A DNA stretch of 38,551 nucleotides from Chiloscyllium plagiosum (Eukaryota): positions 76,871,273 to 76,909,823 of the forward strand of contig NC_057719.1 of NCBI RefSeq assembly GCF_004010195.1, written 5' to 3'. The first letter of the stretch is position 1. Every line of letters starts with the position of its first letter. Positions 11,459 through 23,165 of the stretch are shown piece after piece. A model generated the notes under the pieces. It searched no databases, was not told the DNA's origin, and saw nothing but the letters and a program-made list of their open reading frames with translations. The translations under genes were made by a program, and so were the position numbers.

Positions 11459-11864
11459 GATTGGTCAAACTACTAGGCTTAAGCAAAACATACTTTATTC
11501 TTACAGTATAATTAAAATACAGACAAATTTTGAAAATGGCTTAACTGTAACTCTATCGAAATAATATATATTTTAACTACTACTCATTGATTGTTCAAAT
11601 ATAGCAGCATCCTATAAATACCCTTGACAAAGGCAAATTCAGCAAAATAGATCTCTCACACAGGATATCTCCAGCTGAGAAGAAAAGAAAATCCAACAAT
11701 AAAAAAATCTAGCAGCAAAGTGAGAACAGCTTTTGCTGCAGCAAAGAGAACTGGACTTCCTCCAAAATCCCAGCTTCACCAAATGAAAGCAAAACCTGGA
11801 AACCCTGGGTCTGTGGGCTTGACTCCACCCACTCATGCTTCTTTTGGCTGCTTCAAAAGTTACA
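11459..11864 (-). repeat. 5' LTR, proximal part (right end approximate)
   Basis: gattggtcaaactactaggcttaagcaaaacatactttattcttaca matches 1094-1142. The end is guessed from a possible TG start (gttaca at 11859-11864). Confidence 0.55.
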
Positions 11865-11973
11865 ATGATCTCAGCAGGGGGTTCTAAATTCACAGTCTGA
11901 TTAACAATTTCGAAAAGCTTTCAAAGGATTAGGTGCCTTGATGTGAGGCCTAAGCAAAAAAATTTGTTGGTTT

Positions 11974-12292
11974 TTAGATTAGATTAGATTAGATTACTTA
12001 CAGTGTGGAAACAGGCCCTTCGGCCCAACAAGTCCACACCGACCCGTCGAAGCGTAACCCACCCAGACCCATTACCCCTACACCTAACACTACGGGCAAT
12101 TTAGCATGGCCAATTTGCCTAACCTGCACATTTTATTTTTGGATTGTGGGAGGAAACCGGAGCACCCGGAGGAAACCCACGCAGACACGGGGAGAATGTG
12201 CAAACTCCACACAGTCAGTCGCCTGAGGCGGGAGGTGAACCCGGGTCTCTGGCGCTGTGAGGCAACAGTGCTAACCACTGTGCCACCATGCC
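11974..12292 (-). mobile_element. HE1-type V-SINE, young copy
   Basis: Full tRNA head, V-domain and (aatct)n tail. TSD tggttt at 11968-11973 and 12295-12300. Many CpGs retained. Confidence 0.92.
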
Positions 12293-14162
12293 AGTGGTTT
12301 ATAAGCAATTAATCACTTGAGATGATTTAAAAGCTTTGAATGGGATTTTGGAATGGGAGTTTTATTTGTCCTCAAGTATATCAGAGGGAAAGCTGTATTA
12401 GACTGTTAGTGTGCATGTTTTAAAATCTCCACAAAGGTGAAGTCTGCCCATGGTGGACATTGGATTAGTGGTGGCGAAGGTAGCACAGGAACATGATTTG
12501 ATGTGGAAGTACAAAGGGCATGTGTTGACATGGTTGGAGCATGGGATGGATGAGGTGATGACAGAGTGAGGACAGAGGGCCAAAAAGTCTAACATGTTCA
12601 AAAACAAATCCCCATATAATCAATGTGGGTCTTTTAACCAGCCCACCTCAGCACTCACCCAGCCCTTCCGTAGCTATTTGGGAACTGCCACCAACATCAA
12701 TAGGCCCACGCACCGCCCTGCTACTTTCTCAACTCAAATATTTGGTCTAACGACAACCTTTAAACTGAGAAAGGTCACTACTTATCCTCAGTAGAAAAAA
12801 TCCAGAACTAAATCTGTAACTTTTCTGGAAAGGCCATAAAGTAATACTGTAGCAATTTGGTGAACCATAGGAAGTCACTTTCCATTATGGCTCTACAGTC
12901 CCTCTTTGCTCCAAATTCCCTTGACATGAATTTCATCGCATTATGCAACCTTGCTGAGGCAGCTCTATGCAAGGCACTGCCTTTGATTGTGTGGTCACAG
13001 TAACAAACTAAATTTAATAATAGAAACAGCTTTGCTTCAGCCTCATCTCAGAAGCATCCACAGGTTATCCAGGTTGCTTTAGTTTTCCTGATCTTTCCTT
13101 ACCACACAACTACAACCATCAGATCTGAACACACAAATCGGTGTTCATACATCTGGACCTACCTTAGGTCTATGTTAAAACAATACTTGAGAAGATGGGC
13201 ACTGAAACCATAAGTCTCATGGAAATAAAAATAATTTCTGCATGACATACTTGCACGAAACTATATGCACCACTTTAGGATCATACTCTTAGGTCAGCTC
13301 CTGATTTCTACTCTCCATTCCAAAATATCTTCAGAAATCCCTCTCTCCTGCCCCCTCTGTTCTCATTTCTGTGTTTGTTAGAAACAAAAACATTAGCTTT
13401 ATTTTCTTAAAAATTATGGAAAACTCTCAAACTTCAATGGAAAGTAGCTAACTAATGTCACGACTGATCTAGTAGTAAAAAGGCAGTGCTATACCCAAAA
13501 CTGAGCCCATTATGTTTTGTGACAGGCAAGTGATGGTTTCAATCATCATAGTCACTACAGGAGCTTCATGAACAAACCTTCATAAACCATACCCATCTTC
13601 ACCTAGCTTTCAGGAAGGAAGTGCATACAAACAAACTTGTAATCTTAAAATAAACCAGCTATTTCAATAAACAGGCTATAGAAGAAGTGCAGTAAAGTAA
13701 TGCCAAAAATAAATCCACGAGGTAAGGCAAGATTGTAGTGTTGCACTCCCTTGAACTTTGGGAAGATGAACACTAATTATCCAGAAGAAATTGAATTGAA
13801 CCCAGAACACAATGTGGAAGGAGCAAGCTTGGTGACCTAAACAGTCTTGCTTCACTCTTTGTGACTTGAGTATTTATCACTAGATGTTTTCTTTTTCATT
13901 ACTTGGTTGCCAAGGAGAAGGGAGGCAAATTGCAAAGTCTGAAAAACATGACACAACTAAAGTGTGATTCCAGAGGAATAAATTTGTTCTCCTTGTGTTA
14001 AATAAAGCAATGATAAATAGTTCAGTGCAAAGGACATCACTTAAGAAAATCTCCCACTCACCACTGAGGCATAACTTTACATGCTATAGCTACTGGTGTC
14101 AAAGTAGTAACAGTACTACTACTGTTAGTACTGTTACAGTAGTAACAGTAACAGTACTACAT

Positions 14163-14310
14163 CACAGTAAGTAACACTCTTGCCTTGGAGTCTCAAATTC
14201 CAGGATTCAAATCTCACTACAGGATTTGAGCAGAAAAATCAAGACTAATAGTCCAGTGCAGTGCTCAAGGAATGCAGCACTCTCAGAAGCGATGGCTTCT
14301 GCTTGAGACA
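14163..14310 (+). mobile_element. Degenerate DeuSINE (SacSINE1/AmnSINE1-like) 5' part
   Basis: ggattcaaatctcactacaggatttgagc...ccagtgcagtgctcaaggaatgcagcact resembles the recalled tRNA head and start of the Deu domain. Confidence 0.5.
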
Positions 14311-14517
14311 TATGAATATTAATGTTATCAGCAGTAGTATGCCATTTGGCCTGTCAGGTCTGCTCTGCCATTCAATAATATCATGGCTGATCAGTGCATG
14401 TTTTGAATTCTACATTCCTATATAATCTTGATCCCTCTGCCTAGCAAGATTCTAGCTACCTCCATCTTCAAAAAATATTCAATGACCCCACCTCCACAAC
14501 CCGCTGAGGCAGACAGT
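14311..14517 (-). mobile_element. Old CR1 3' end fragment
   Basis: gccatttggcctgtcaggtctgctctgccattcaataatatcatggctgatc, same family as 23030-23165. Confidence 0.6.
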
Positions 14518-14537
14518 TAGAAAGTTACAGTTTTGCT

Positions 14538-14880
14538 TGGTGGCTCAGTAGATAGCACTGCTGCCTCACGGCGCAGGGACCCAAGTTTGGCTCCAGTCTT
14601 GGGCGACTGTCTGTGTGGAGTTTGCACATTCTCCACGTGTCTGCGTGGGTTTCCTCCGGGTGCTCCAGTTTCCTCCCACAATCCAAGGATGTGCAGGCTA
14701 GGTGAATTGGCAATGCTAAATTGCCCATACTGTTGGGAAATTTAGGTTGGGTGTATTAGCCAGGGGAAATATAGGATAATAGGTGAGGGGAATGGGTCAG
14801 GGTGGGTTACACTTCAGAGGGGCGGTGTGGACTTGCTGGGGAAAAGGGCCTGTTTCCACACTGTAGGGATTCTATGATTC
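14538..14880 (+). mobile_element. HE1-type V-SINE
   Basis: tggtggctcagtagatagcactgctgcctcac, V-domain, tail agggcctgtttccacactgtagggattctatgattc. Confidence 0.9.
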
Positions 14881-14933
14881 ATCTCAGAAGCAAGCAACAC
14901 GTTATCCAGATTGATTCAATTTTCCTGAACTCA

Positions 14934-15014
14934 ATGGAATCTTGATCAGATGGGCCAATGGGCCAAGGAGTGGCAGGTGGAGATTAGTTTCGATAAATGT
15001 AAGGTGTTGCATTT
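14934..15014 (+). mobile_element. Short CR1 RT fragment
   Basis: gatcttgatcagatgggccaatggg...gataaatgtaaggtgttgcattt, similar to 17355-17430. Confidence 0.75.
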
Positions 15015-15020
15015 ACAGTA

Positions 15021-16718
15021 ATAGAGTCATAGAGATGTACAGCATGGAAACAGACCCTTCAGTCCAACCCATCCATACCGACCAGATATCCCAACCCAAT
15101 CTAGTCCCACCTGCCAGCACCTGGCCCATATCCCTCCAAACCCTTCCTATTCATATACGCATCCAAATGACTCTTAAATGTTGCAATTGTACCAGCCTCC
15201 ACCACATCCTCTGGCAGCTCATTCCATACACGTACCACTCTCTGCGTGAAAAAGTTGCCTCTTAGGTGTCTTTCATATCTTTCCCCTTTCAACCTGAACC
15301 TGTGCCCTCTAGTTCTGGACTCCCGCAACCCAGGGAAAAGGCTTTGTCGATTTACCCTATCCATGCCTCTCATTATTCTATAAACCTCTATAAGGTCACC
15401 CCTCAGCCTCCAACACTCAGGTGAAAACAGCCCCAGCCTGTTCAGCCTCTCCCAATAGCTCAAATCCTCCAACCCTGGCAACATCCTTGTAAGTCTTTAC
15501 TGAACAGTTTCAAGTTTCACAATATCTTTCCGATACAAAGGAGACCAGAATTGCACACAATATTCCAACAGTGGCCTAACCAATGTCCTGTACAGCCACA
15601 ACATGACTTCCCAACTCCTGTACTCAATACTCTGACCAATAAAAGAAAGCACACCACTATCCTATCTACCTGCAACTCCACTTTCAGGGAGTTATGAACC
15701 TGCACTCCAAGGTCTCTTTGTTCAGCATCACTCCCTAGGACCTTACCATTAAGTGTATAAGTCCTGCTGAGATTTGCTTTCCCAAAATGCAGCACCTCGC
15801 ATTTATCTGAAAAAACTCCAACTGTGACTTCTCAGTCCATTGGCCCATCTGGTCCAGATCCTGTTGTAATCGGAGGTAACCTTCTTCACTGTCCACTACA
15901 CCTCCAATTTTGGTGTCATCTGCAAACTTGCTAACTATACCTCTTATGCTCACATCCAAATCATTTATCTCGCTCTATTCAGTGAGATCTAACCTTGTTA
16001 ACCAGTCTTCCATTGGGAACCTTGTCGAACCCCTTACTGAAGCCCATATAGATCACATCTACTGCTCTGCCCTCATCAATCCTCTTTGTTACTTCTTCAA
16101 GAAACTCAATCAAGTTTGAGAGACATGATTTCCCACGCATAAAGCCATGTTGACTATGCCTAATCAGTCCTTGCCTTTACAAATACACGTACATCCTGTC
16201 CCTCAGGATTCCCTCCAACAACTTGCCCACCACCGACGTCAGGCTCACCGGTCTATAGTTCCCTGGCTTATCCTTACGACCGTTCTTAAACAGTGGCGCC
16301 ACATTAGCCAACCTCCAGTCTTCCGGCACCTCACCTGTGACTATCGATGATATAGATATCTCAGTAAGAGTCCCAGCAATCACTTCCCTAGCTTCCCGCA
16401 GAGTTCTCGGGTACACCTGATCAGGTCCTGGGGATTTATTCACTTATAAACATCCAGCACTTCCTCCTCTGTAATATGGACATTTTTAAAGATGTCATCA
16501 TCTATTTCCCACCATTCTATATCTTCCATGTCCTTTTCCACAGTAAGTACTGATGTATAATACTCGTTTAGTATCTGCCCCATCTCTTGTGTCTCCACAC
16601 AAAGGCCACCTTGCTGGTCTTTGAGGGGCCCTTTCTCTCCCTAGTTACCATTTTGTCCGTAATGTATTTGCAAAAACCCTTTGGATTCTCCTTAATTCTA
16701 TTTGCCAAAGCTCTCTCA
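15021..16718 (-). mobile_element. HER1-like CR1 LINE, 3' ~1.7 kb
   Basis: KSPGPDQVYPR...GNYRPVSLTS, SKFADDTKIGG, RTRGH...FFTQRVVRVWNELP, 3' tail atagagtcatagag. Internal deletion near 15968. Confidence 0.93.
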
Positions 16719-16960
16719 GGTTTGGTGGAATTTGAATTCAATAAAAAAAACTGGATTTAAAAATCTAACCATGACCTTGAATCCATTGTCAGGAAGAACC
16801 ATCTGGTTCACTAATATCCTTTAGGGAAGAGAACTGCCATCTTTGCCTGGTCTGGCCTATATGTGACTCCAGACCCACATCAATGTAGCTGACACTTGAC
16901 AATTATGGATGGGAAATATATGATAGCCTAGCCAGCGATGCCCTTGCTCTGTGAATGAAT
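16719..16960 (+). mobile_element. tRNA-SINE body and tail (head missing here; see 18215-18311)
   Basis: ggtggaatttgaattcaata...atctggttcactaatatcctttagggaag...gtgaatgaat. Same family as 25190-25380, with a tail shared with the LINE at 18838-19285 and 24520-24763. Confidence 0.7.
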
Positions 16961-17015
16961 AGAGTCACAGGGCCTTCGGTCCAACTTATCCATGCTGACC
17001 AGATATCCCAAATTA
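16961..17015 (-). mobile_element. Short CR1 3' tail
   Basis: agagtcac...ccttcggtccaacttatccatgctgaccagatatcccaaa, similar to 15023-15095. Confidence 0.7.
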
Positions 17016-18214
17016 GATGCGGTCTATATGGACTTCATTAAGGCTTTCGACAAGGTTCCCATGGGAAACTGGTTAGCAAGGTTAGATCTCACGGAATACA
17101 GCGAGAACCCGACATTTGGGTGCAGAACTGGCTCAAGGGTAGAAGACAGAGGGTGGTGGTGGAGGGTTGTTTTTCAGACTGGAGGCCTGTGTCCAGTGGA
17201 ATGCCACAAGGGTCAGTGCTGGGTCCTCAACTTTTTGTCATTTATATAAATGATTTGGATGTGGGCATAAGAGGTATAGTTAGTAAGTTTACAGATGACA
17301 CCAAAATTGGAGGTGTAGTTGACAGTGAAGAAGGTTACCTCAGATTACAACAGGATCTTGATCAGATGGGCCAATGGGCAGAGAAGTGGCAGATGGAGTT
17401 TAATTCAGATAAATGCAAGGTGCTGCATTTTGGGAAAGCAAATCTTAGCAGGACTTATACACTTAATGGTAAGGTCCTAGGGAGTGTTGCTGAACAAAGA
17501 GACCTTGGAGTGCAGGTTCATAGCTCCTTGAAAGTGGAGTCGCAGGTAGATAGGATAGTGAAGAAGGCACTTGGTATGCTTTCCTTTAATCGGTCAGAGT
17601 GTTGAGTACAGGAGTTGGGAGGTCATGTTGTGGCCGTACAGGACATTGGTTAGGCCACTGTTGGAATATTGCGTGCAATTCTGGTCTCCTTCCTATCGGA
17701 AAGATGTTGTGAAACTTGAAAGGGCTCAGAAAAGATTCACAAGGGTGTTGCCAGGATTGCAGGATTTGAGGTTTAGGGAAAGGCTGAACAGGCTGGGGCA
17801 GTTTTCCCTGGAGCGCTGAAGCCTGTGGGGTGACCTTATAGACATTTATAAAATTAATGAGGAGTATGGATAGGATAAATAGACAAAGTCTTTTCTCTGG
17901 GGTCAGGGAGTCCAGAACGAGAGGGCATAGGTTTAGGGTGAGAGGGGAAAGATATAAAAGAGACCTAAGAGGCAACCATTTCACGCAGAGTGTGGTACGT
18001 GTATGGAATGAGCTACCAGAGGAAGTGGTGGAAGCTAGTACAATTGCAATATATAAATGACATTTGGATGGGTATATGAATAGGAAGGATTTAAAAGGAT
18101 ATGGGCTAAGTGCTGGCAGATGTGACGAGATTGGGTTGGGATATCTGATCGGCATGGATGGGTTGGACAAAAGGGTCTGTTTCCATGGCGTACATCTCTA
18201 TGATCTATGACTCT
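17016..18214 (+). mobile_element. HER1-like CR1 LINE, 3' ~1.2 kb
   Basis: [57 protein letters not shown], tail tctctatgatctatgactct. Confidence 0.93.
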
Positions 18215-18311
18215 ATTTGCTGTCGTAGGATTTGAACCCCAGTCACCAGAACATTAACTTGGTCTCTGGATTAACAGTTCAGTGATAATACTATTAGGTC
18301 AATCACCTCCC
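18215..18311 (-). mobile_element. tRNA-SINE head (A and B boxes)
   Basis: Minus strand gggaggtgattgacctaatagtattatcactgaact...ggggttcaaatcctacgacagca. By recalled consensus this is the head that precedes the body type at 16719. Confidence 0.6.
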
Positions 18312-18402
18312 CACAACTGTGGAATTGTGAGTATAACCATCAGATCTGAACACCCAAATCATCGTTCATACAATTAGACTTTCCTCAGGAAGCCTGAAGA
18401 GA

Positions 18403-18536
18403 AAAAGAAAATAGGGAACTTCAGGTGCTGGAAACTCAAAATGGAAACAGAAGTTGCTGACAAAACTCAGCACATCTGGCAAGATCTGTGGATAGAGAAA
18501 CAGAGTTAACGCTTCAGATCCAGTGACCCTTCTTCA
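18403..18536 (-). mobile_element. Penelope pLTR fragment with disabled hammerhead core
   Basis: Minus strand gTGAAGA-A-gggtc-act-ggatct-GAAg-cgtt..., followed by the typical gatgtgctgagttt...ccagcacctgaag tail. Confidence 0.6.
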
Positions 18537-18549
18537 CTGTTAACGATTG

Positions 18550-18713
18550 CTGAGCTTCAAGGCTGAGATAGACAGATCATTCATGTGTAAGAGAATCAAG
18601 GTGTATGGTGAAAAGGTAGACAAGTGGAGCTGCAAATTATTAGGTCAGTATGATTGCCTTGAGTGGTGAAGTATACTCGATGACCTGAATGGCCTGCTTC
18701 TGATACTAAGTCT
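18550..18713 (+). mobile_element. Old CR1 3' end fragment
   Basis: ttcaaggctgagatagacaga...gaatcaagg...gacctgaatggcctgcttctg. Confidence 0.6.
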
Positions 18714-18837
18714 TGCCTCAGAAGAAACACCCTTTCATATGAACCTTGTCAAAACTATCTAGGATCTTATACTCTTCAATCACTTCATTCTTCAAACTCC
18801 AGTAAAAGGAGTTCTTCAAAAGATAACCTGCTCATTT

Positions 18838-19285
18838 TCTTTTTATTGTTTCTTGGGATATAGGGAATGCTGGTTAGGCATTGTGTATTCCAACTTGTGA
18901 AGCTGGTGGTGAACTGCCTTTTTGAATTGCTTTCTGAAGGTATGCCTTTGGGGAGAGAGTCCAGAATTTTGATTCAGTAATGCTGGAATGGTGATATATT
19001 TCCAAGTCAGCTGGGTGTGCAGCATGGAGGGCAATTTGCAGGTGGGGTTCCTAAGTACCTGTTGCTCTTGGCCTTCTAGACGGTAGCAGTTGAGGGTTTG
19101 GAAGCTGCTGTCTGAAGAGTCCTGGAGAATGTCTGCAATGCATCTTGTAGATGGCACATACTGTTGCTGCTGAGCAGGGATGGAAATAATGATTGTGTTT
19201 GCGGATGTGGTGCTGAACAAGTGGGCTGCTTTGGTCTGGATGCTGTCCATCTTAAGTGTTGTTGAAACCCTATGCTCAACCAAGC
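18838..19285 (-). mobile_element. CR1/L2-group LINE 3' end (partner of the 16719-type SINE)
   Basis: Degenerate peptide TTLKMDSIQTKAAHLFST...QFKKAVHHQL. Homologous to 24520-24763. Confidence 0.6.
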
Positions 19286-19494
19286 AAGGCAGTGGTCTGC
19301 TGTTGGTGGTCCTGAGAAGGACTATGATGCCTAGAAAGTGACTGGGAGAGTATCATGCTTGGTGAATGACCAGGGAAGTAGCACAGTCCTCAGTCAGTGA
19401 CTAGGGGAAGGATCAGAGTGAGATATGTCCAAATCCCAAGCCGTAGCAGGAGGATCTGATTTGAGATGAACTAAGGTTGTATCAGATGTTAAAT

Positions 19495-19778
19495 CACAGC
19501 AAGTCTCTTGCTTTAAGACAGTGAGAGATTAAACTTATGTCAGTCTTTAATTAATATGTCTTAGACACTCCATGTCTTTTTCAATATATAATTTCAGTTG
19601 CAACACACTGTAAACTTTTGCTATAAATTCTGTGTCTAATGACCTTATACTCCACAACCACCTGATAAAGGAGCAGTGCTCCAAAAGCTAGTGCTTCAAA
19701 TAAACCTGTTGGACTATAACCAGGTTTTATGATTTGTAACTTTGTACACCCCAGTCCAACACCGGCACCTCCAAATCA
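19495..19778 (+). mobile_element. Penelope-type pLTR with mutated hammerhead
   Basis: cac-CTGATaA-a-GGAGC-agt-GCTCC-aAAA-gc-ta-gtg (19659-19693), followed by aataaa and tail ...ccagtccaacaccggcacctccaaatc. Confidence 0.6.
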
Positions 19779-20451
19779 TGAATAAAAGATTGCCTTGCAC
19801 GGATCCATGTCTGAGTTGAATTAGGCTGGTACTGCTGTAAATTGAACTGATTTAAATAGTTATCCCACATGTTGAGTTTTATTTTTGCTTGCTTGCTTGC
19901 TTATTTATTTAACTCCATTTAGCTGTGGGATCTGAAAGGATTGATTCCCTGTGGCACAAAGAGTTGAGCTTAAGGCTTGGAAACTGCAACATCTGCATAT
20001 CCAACCAATTCAGGTCACTGTTCCTGAATCAACAAGTGATCAAGCACATTGTTTCTGTAAGACAATGAAAGTGTGGCCGGGTGAAATATTGAATAGATTA
20101 TTTTTCGACTGTAAAATGGGAAAGGATGGAATGGCAATAAATCCAGTCACTGCTTTTTGAGAGCAAGGGTTTTTGGAAAAGCAGTATGTATCCTTATAAT
20201 GCAGGAGTGGGTTCTAATTACAAGGTGTTGTATGCGTGAGCCAAACCAAACAAATAATATTGATTTGACATTGAACGCAAAAGAATACCTGGAATTAACT
20301 TCATTCCTAATTAGTTACCAGATTTCAAAAACCCTTGTCGTCGTTCGTAAAATAGGAATCATTCAACACCAACTGTGTCAGTTCAGCCTTCCATGATGCC
20401 AGGTTGAAAACAAATTATGGAAGATTTATTTAACATAAATGAACAAAAACA

Positions 20452-20580
20452 GTGTCGTAGAGATGTACAGCACGAAAACAGATTGTTCACTCCATCGAGT
20501 CCATGCCAACTACATATACTAGAGAAATCTAGTCCCATTTGTCAGCATTCAGCACATATCTTTCTAAGCCCTTCCTATTT
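20452..20580 (-). mobile_element. CR1 3' tail fragment
   Basis: gtcgtagagatgtacagcacgaaaacaga...atctagtcccattt, similar to 15025-15150. Confidence 0.75.
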
Positions 20581-22220
20581 CTTATTTATGAATGCCAAAT
20601 TAGAAGATTTAATATATCTGTATATATGCAATTCTGGTATTTGTGCGAACCTGTCTTTCAAAAGAAGAAAACCCTTAAATTCAAAGCTCAATACAAATAC
20701 GGAGGTAATACTACAAAATGATTTTTCAAAGTTTGTGAGAAGATTTGTAGCTTGGGTGCTCGTTGACTATATCATCTTATAATCAGTAAGAATGAAAAAT
20801 CAGCCCCCAAGTAATAGACCCTGTCACAAAGAGCCCTTGAGAGAAAGGAACATATTTTGGATTTTGGTTGATAGCTTAGGATGATAAGTTCTGTAGCAAA
20901 TATTTTGCTACTTTAGTGGATCATTTTTGTGTGCAGGCTGTGTCAGCAAGAAGTTCTACTAGGTAAATAACAATAACTCAAGTTGACATAAAATATACTA
21001 CAGGTGTTTTGCATGCAAGGAAAAGATCTGAATGCTCAAGGGTGTAGACATCACTACCCAGAAACTGAGTAGAATTGCAGTACAGGACAGTGCAATGTGA
21101 TTTCAGGGGTAAAAAAAAGCATATATGCAAATGAACAGGTACAAGAGGAGTGGTTCAACAGTTGAAACCAGTAACTGTAGCTTGCCAAAGTTCAAAGAAG
21201 TTGTGATGAATATTTTTCATGGCAAAAAAGACAAAGAACATGCCATTGTGCAGAGCACAACCTGTGATTCTATGACAGGTAACATGCCTATGCCTCACCA
21301 ACCCACCACCCTTGAATTTTTGTCCCTATTAGGCCCTGGGCCAGGATCTTTTGAACCTGTTCTGGCCACTATTCATGGTGGCTTTCCACAACATGGCTAC
21401 ATCCTGTGAAAAGTTCTTTTGGCACTGTCTGATCAATATCATGAGGCAGGTTTCCAAAAATAACTGATGACAATCTTGGTATCACATTGTGTGCTGTGGC
21501 TATCTATTCTCCCTCTTAATTTCCTCTATCACTTACCTTGAGACCCCTGGTGTCATATCCTGGTATCCCCTCATTCATTCATCATGGGACGTAGGGGATG
21601 GAATTTCTATTTCTGGTCTTGTCTCGGGCTAAATCTGAGAGGTTGGGGCGTTGACAACACAAGGTGTTTTCCAGTGTTGCAAAGAATACCACGAGTGAGC
21701 AAACACTTACTTGTTACTGAAGTCCATGACAAAGTCCTGGAATCTTTCACCACAACAGTCGGATCAGCTGGTGGAAGAGATGAATATTTTTTTATCAAAG
21801 GATTCTCAGCAACTTATTCCTCAAATAGAAGCTCAGGCTTTACCTAATATCACCAGGGTCCTGATTCTGAGTGTGCTCTTTTAAGGCCTCTATGCTCCCT
21901 CTATCCCCTCCCAAAACGTAGTCCTCTCTCAGTTGTAAGTGAGAGAGATTGAGTGAGTGCAAGTAAGCGAGAATGCAAATATGAGACTTGCCTTTTGACA
22001 TTGTATGTAATCTCTTTAGAAGCAAGTGCAGATTGAGAGTTTTCAAGCTTTGTTTTGTTAAACACCTGTTTTTTTCACATCACTTATTTTGGGGACTCGA
22101 ATGATGAATACATAGGAAAACAATCTAATAGCAGATTTAGAAATGAAATGGCCATCATATTTTCTTAGCACTCTCGTACCTCAAAATTTCACAATACATC
22201 CATAGGCAGGGGTGCAAGTA

Positions 22221-22445
22221 AAAAGAAAATCTTTCATTTATACAGGACTTTTCACAAGCACCGTTGTCTAAAACTTCAGTATTTTGGAAGTGTAGTCATT
22301 GTTCTCTGGTAGGAAATGCAGCAGCTAATTTGCACACAACAAACTCACACAAACAGCACTTTGGTAATAACCAGGATTCTTTTTTGTGATTTTGATTGAT
22401 AGATGAATATTGATGAAGATAATGCAGATCATTTCCCCTGCTCTT
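22221..22445 (-). mobile_element. Degenerate DeuSINE 3' half
   Basis: gaagtgtagtcattgtt...gtaggaaatgcagcagctaatttgcacacaacaaactcacacaaacagca...cccctgctctt matches the reverse of the recalled Deu domain and L2-like tail. Confidence 0.6.
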
Positions 22446-23029
22446 GTTCTGTTTTTTATCCAATAAGATGGCAACTAAATACTACACATGGAGAGATATG
22501 ATATATGACATTGCTACCAATCCAATTACCTACCACTTCATGAATTATAGAGAATAAATAGGGCACTCTCCTTTTTGTGAAGTCGAATATCCTCTTTATT
22601 ACTATTCCTGATAATATGTGGCTTTCAAGTAAATCCAAGGTTTGCATTCGATATAAATTTATATTTTTAACATCCTTTCAACAATTAAATATTGGATAGT
22701 GATCATTAAAAATTTAAGGCACAAGGAAATGCACAGAGCATATTTATGTTGAGTCAGTCACAATAAAATCAACACACAGCCCATTAGCAAATACCACATA
22801 TTTTGAACATTGCTTAACTTCACCATTAGTCAATTTATTTTTAAAGGAATGCCAATCCTTCATAAACATTTGGAATGATTTATAATTTTAAAAGAAAATT
22901 GAATATGTGCATTACAGATCACCAAAAAGGCTCTGCGACCTATGAACAGGGTATTTCAATAAGAAAGACTAGAAGATTCAAAATTTGGTTCACCACTTTT
23001 TCTCAATTGTGCAGATCTCAGTAATAAGT

Positions 23030-23165
23030 TCATAAGAACATGAGAAATAGTAAGAGAAGTAGGCCATCTGGTCCCTCGAGCCAGCTCCGTCATTCAATAA
23101 GATCATGGCTGATCTTTTTGTGGACTCAGCTCCACTTACCCGCCTTCTCACCGTAACCCTTGATT
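23030..23165 (-). mobile_element. CR1 3' tail fragment
   Basis: cataagaacatgagaaatag...gtaggccatctggtccctcgagcc...cattcaataagatcatggctgatc. Confidence 0.7.

Larger units (their letters stand above)
980..11864 (-). mobile_element. Internally deleted LTR retrotransposon (Gypsy-like), host of nested insertions
   Basis: Two same-orientation LTR copies (980-1160; 7103-7218 + 11459-~11860), a PBS-like motif at 7081-7099 and a gag-like N-terminus split into 6955-6673 and 1306-1160. The right boundary is approximate and no flanking TSD was found. Confidence 0.65.

Noticed and set aside
11974..12312. tRNA gene or small conserved protein (also 9049, 14538, 25951)
   Set aside because: The A/B boxes belong to HE1 SINE heads with no full cloverleaf. 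The repeated peptides (GRMCKLHT...) are SINE translations.
19884..19910. (ttgc)n/(ttta)n tract, and the (ttaga)n tract at 11974-11996
   Set aside because: Ordinary microsatellite and SINE tail; not CRISPR-like or telomeric.
21924..21948. Hairpin ctctctca...tgagagag
   Set aside because: Short low-complexity stem expected by chance.
19951..22647. Multiple 60-120-aa ORFs in non-repeat sequence
   Set aside because: No recognisable domains or consistent splice signals; typical random ORFs in AT-rich intron.
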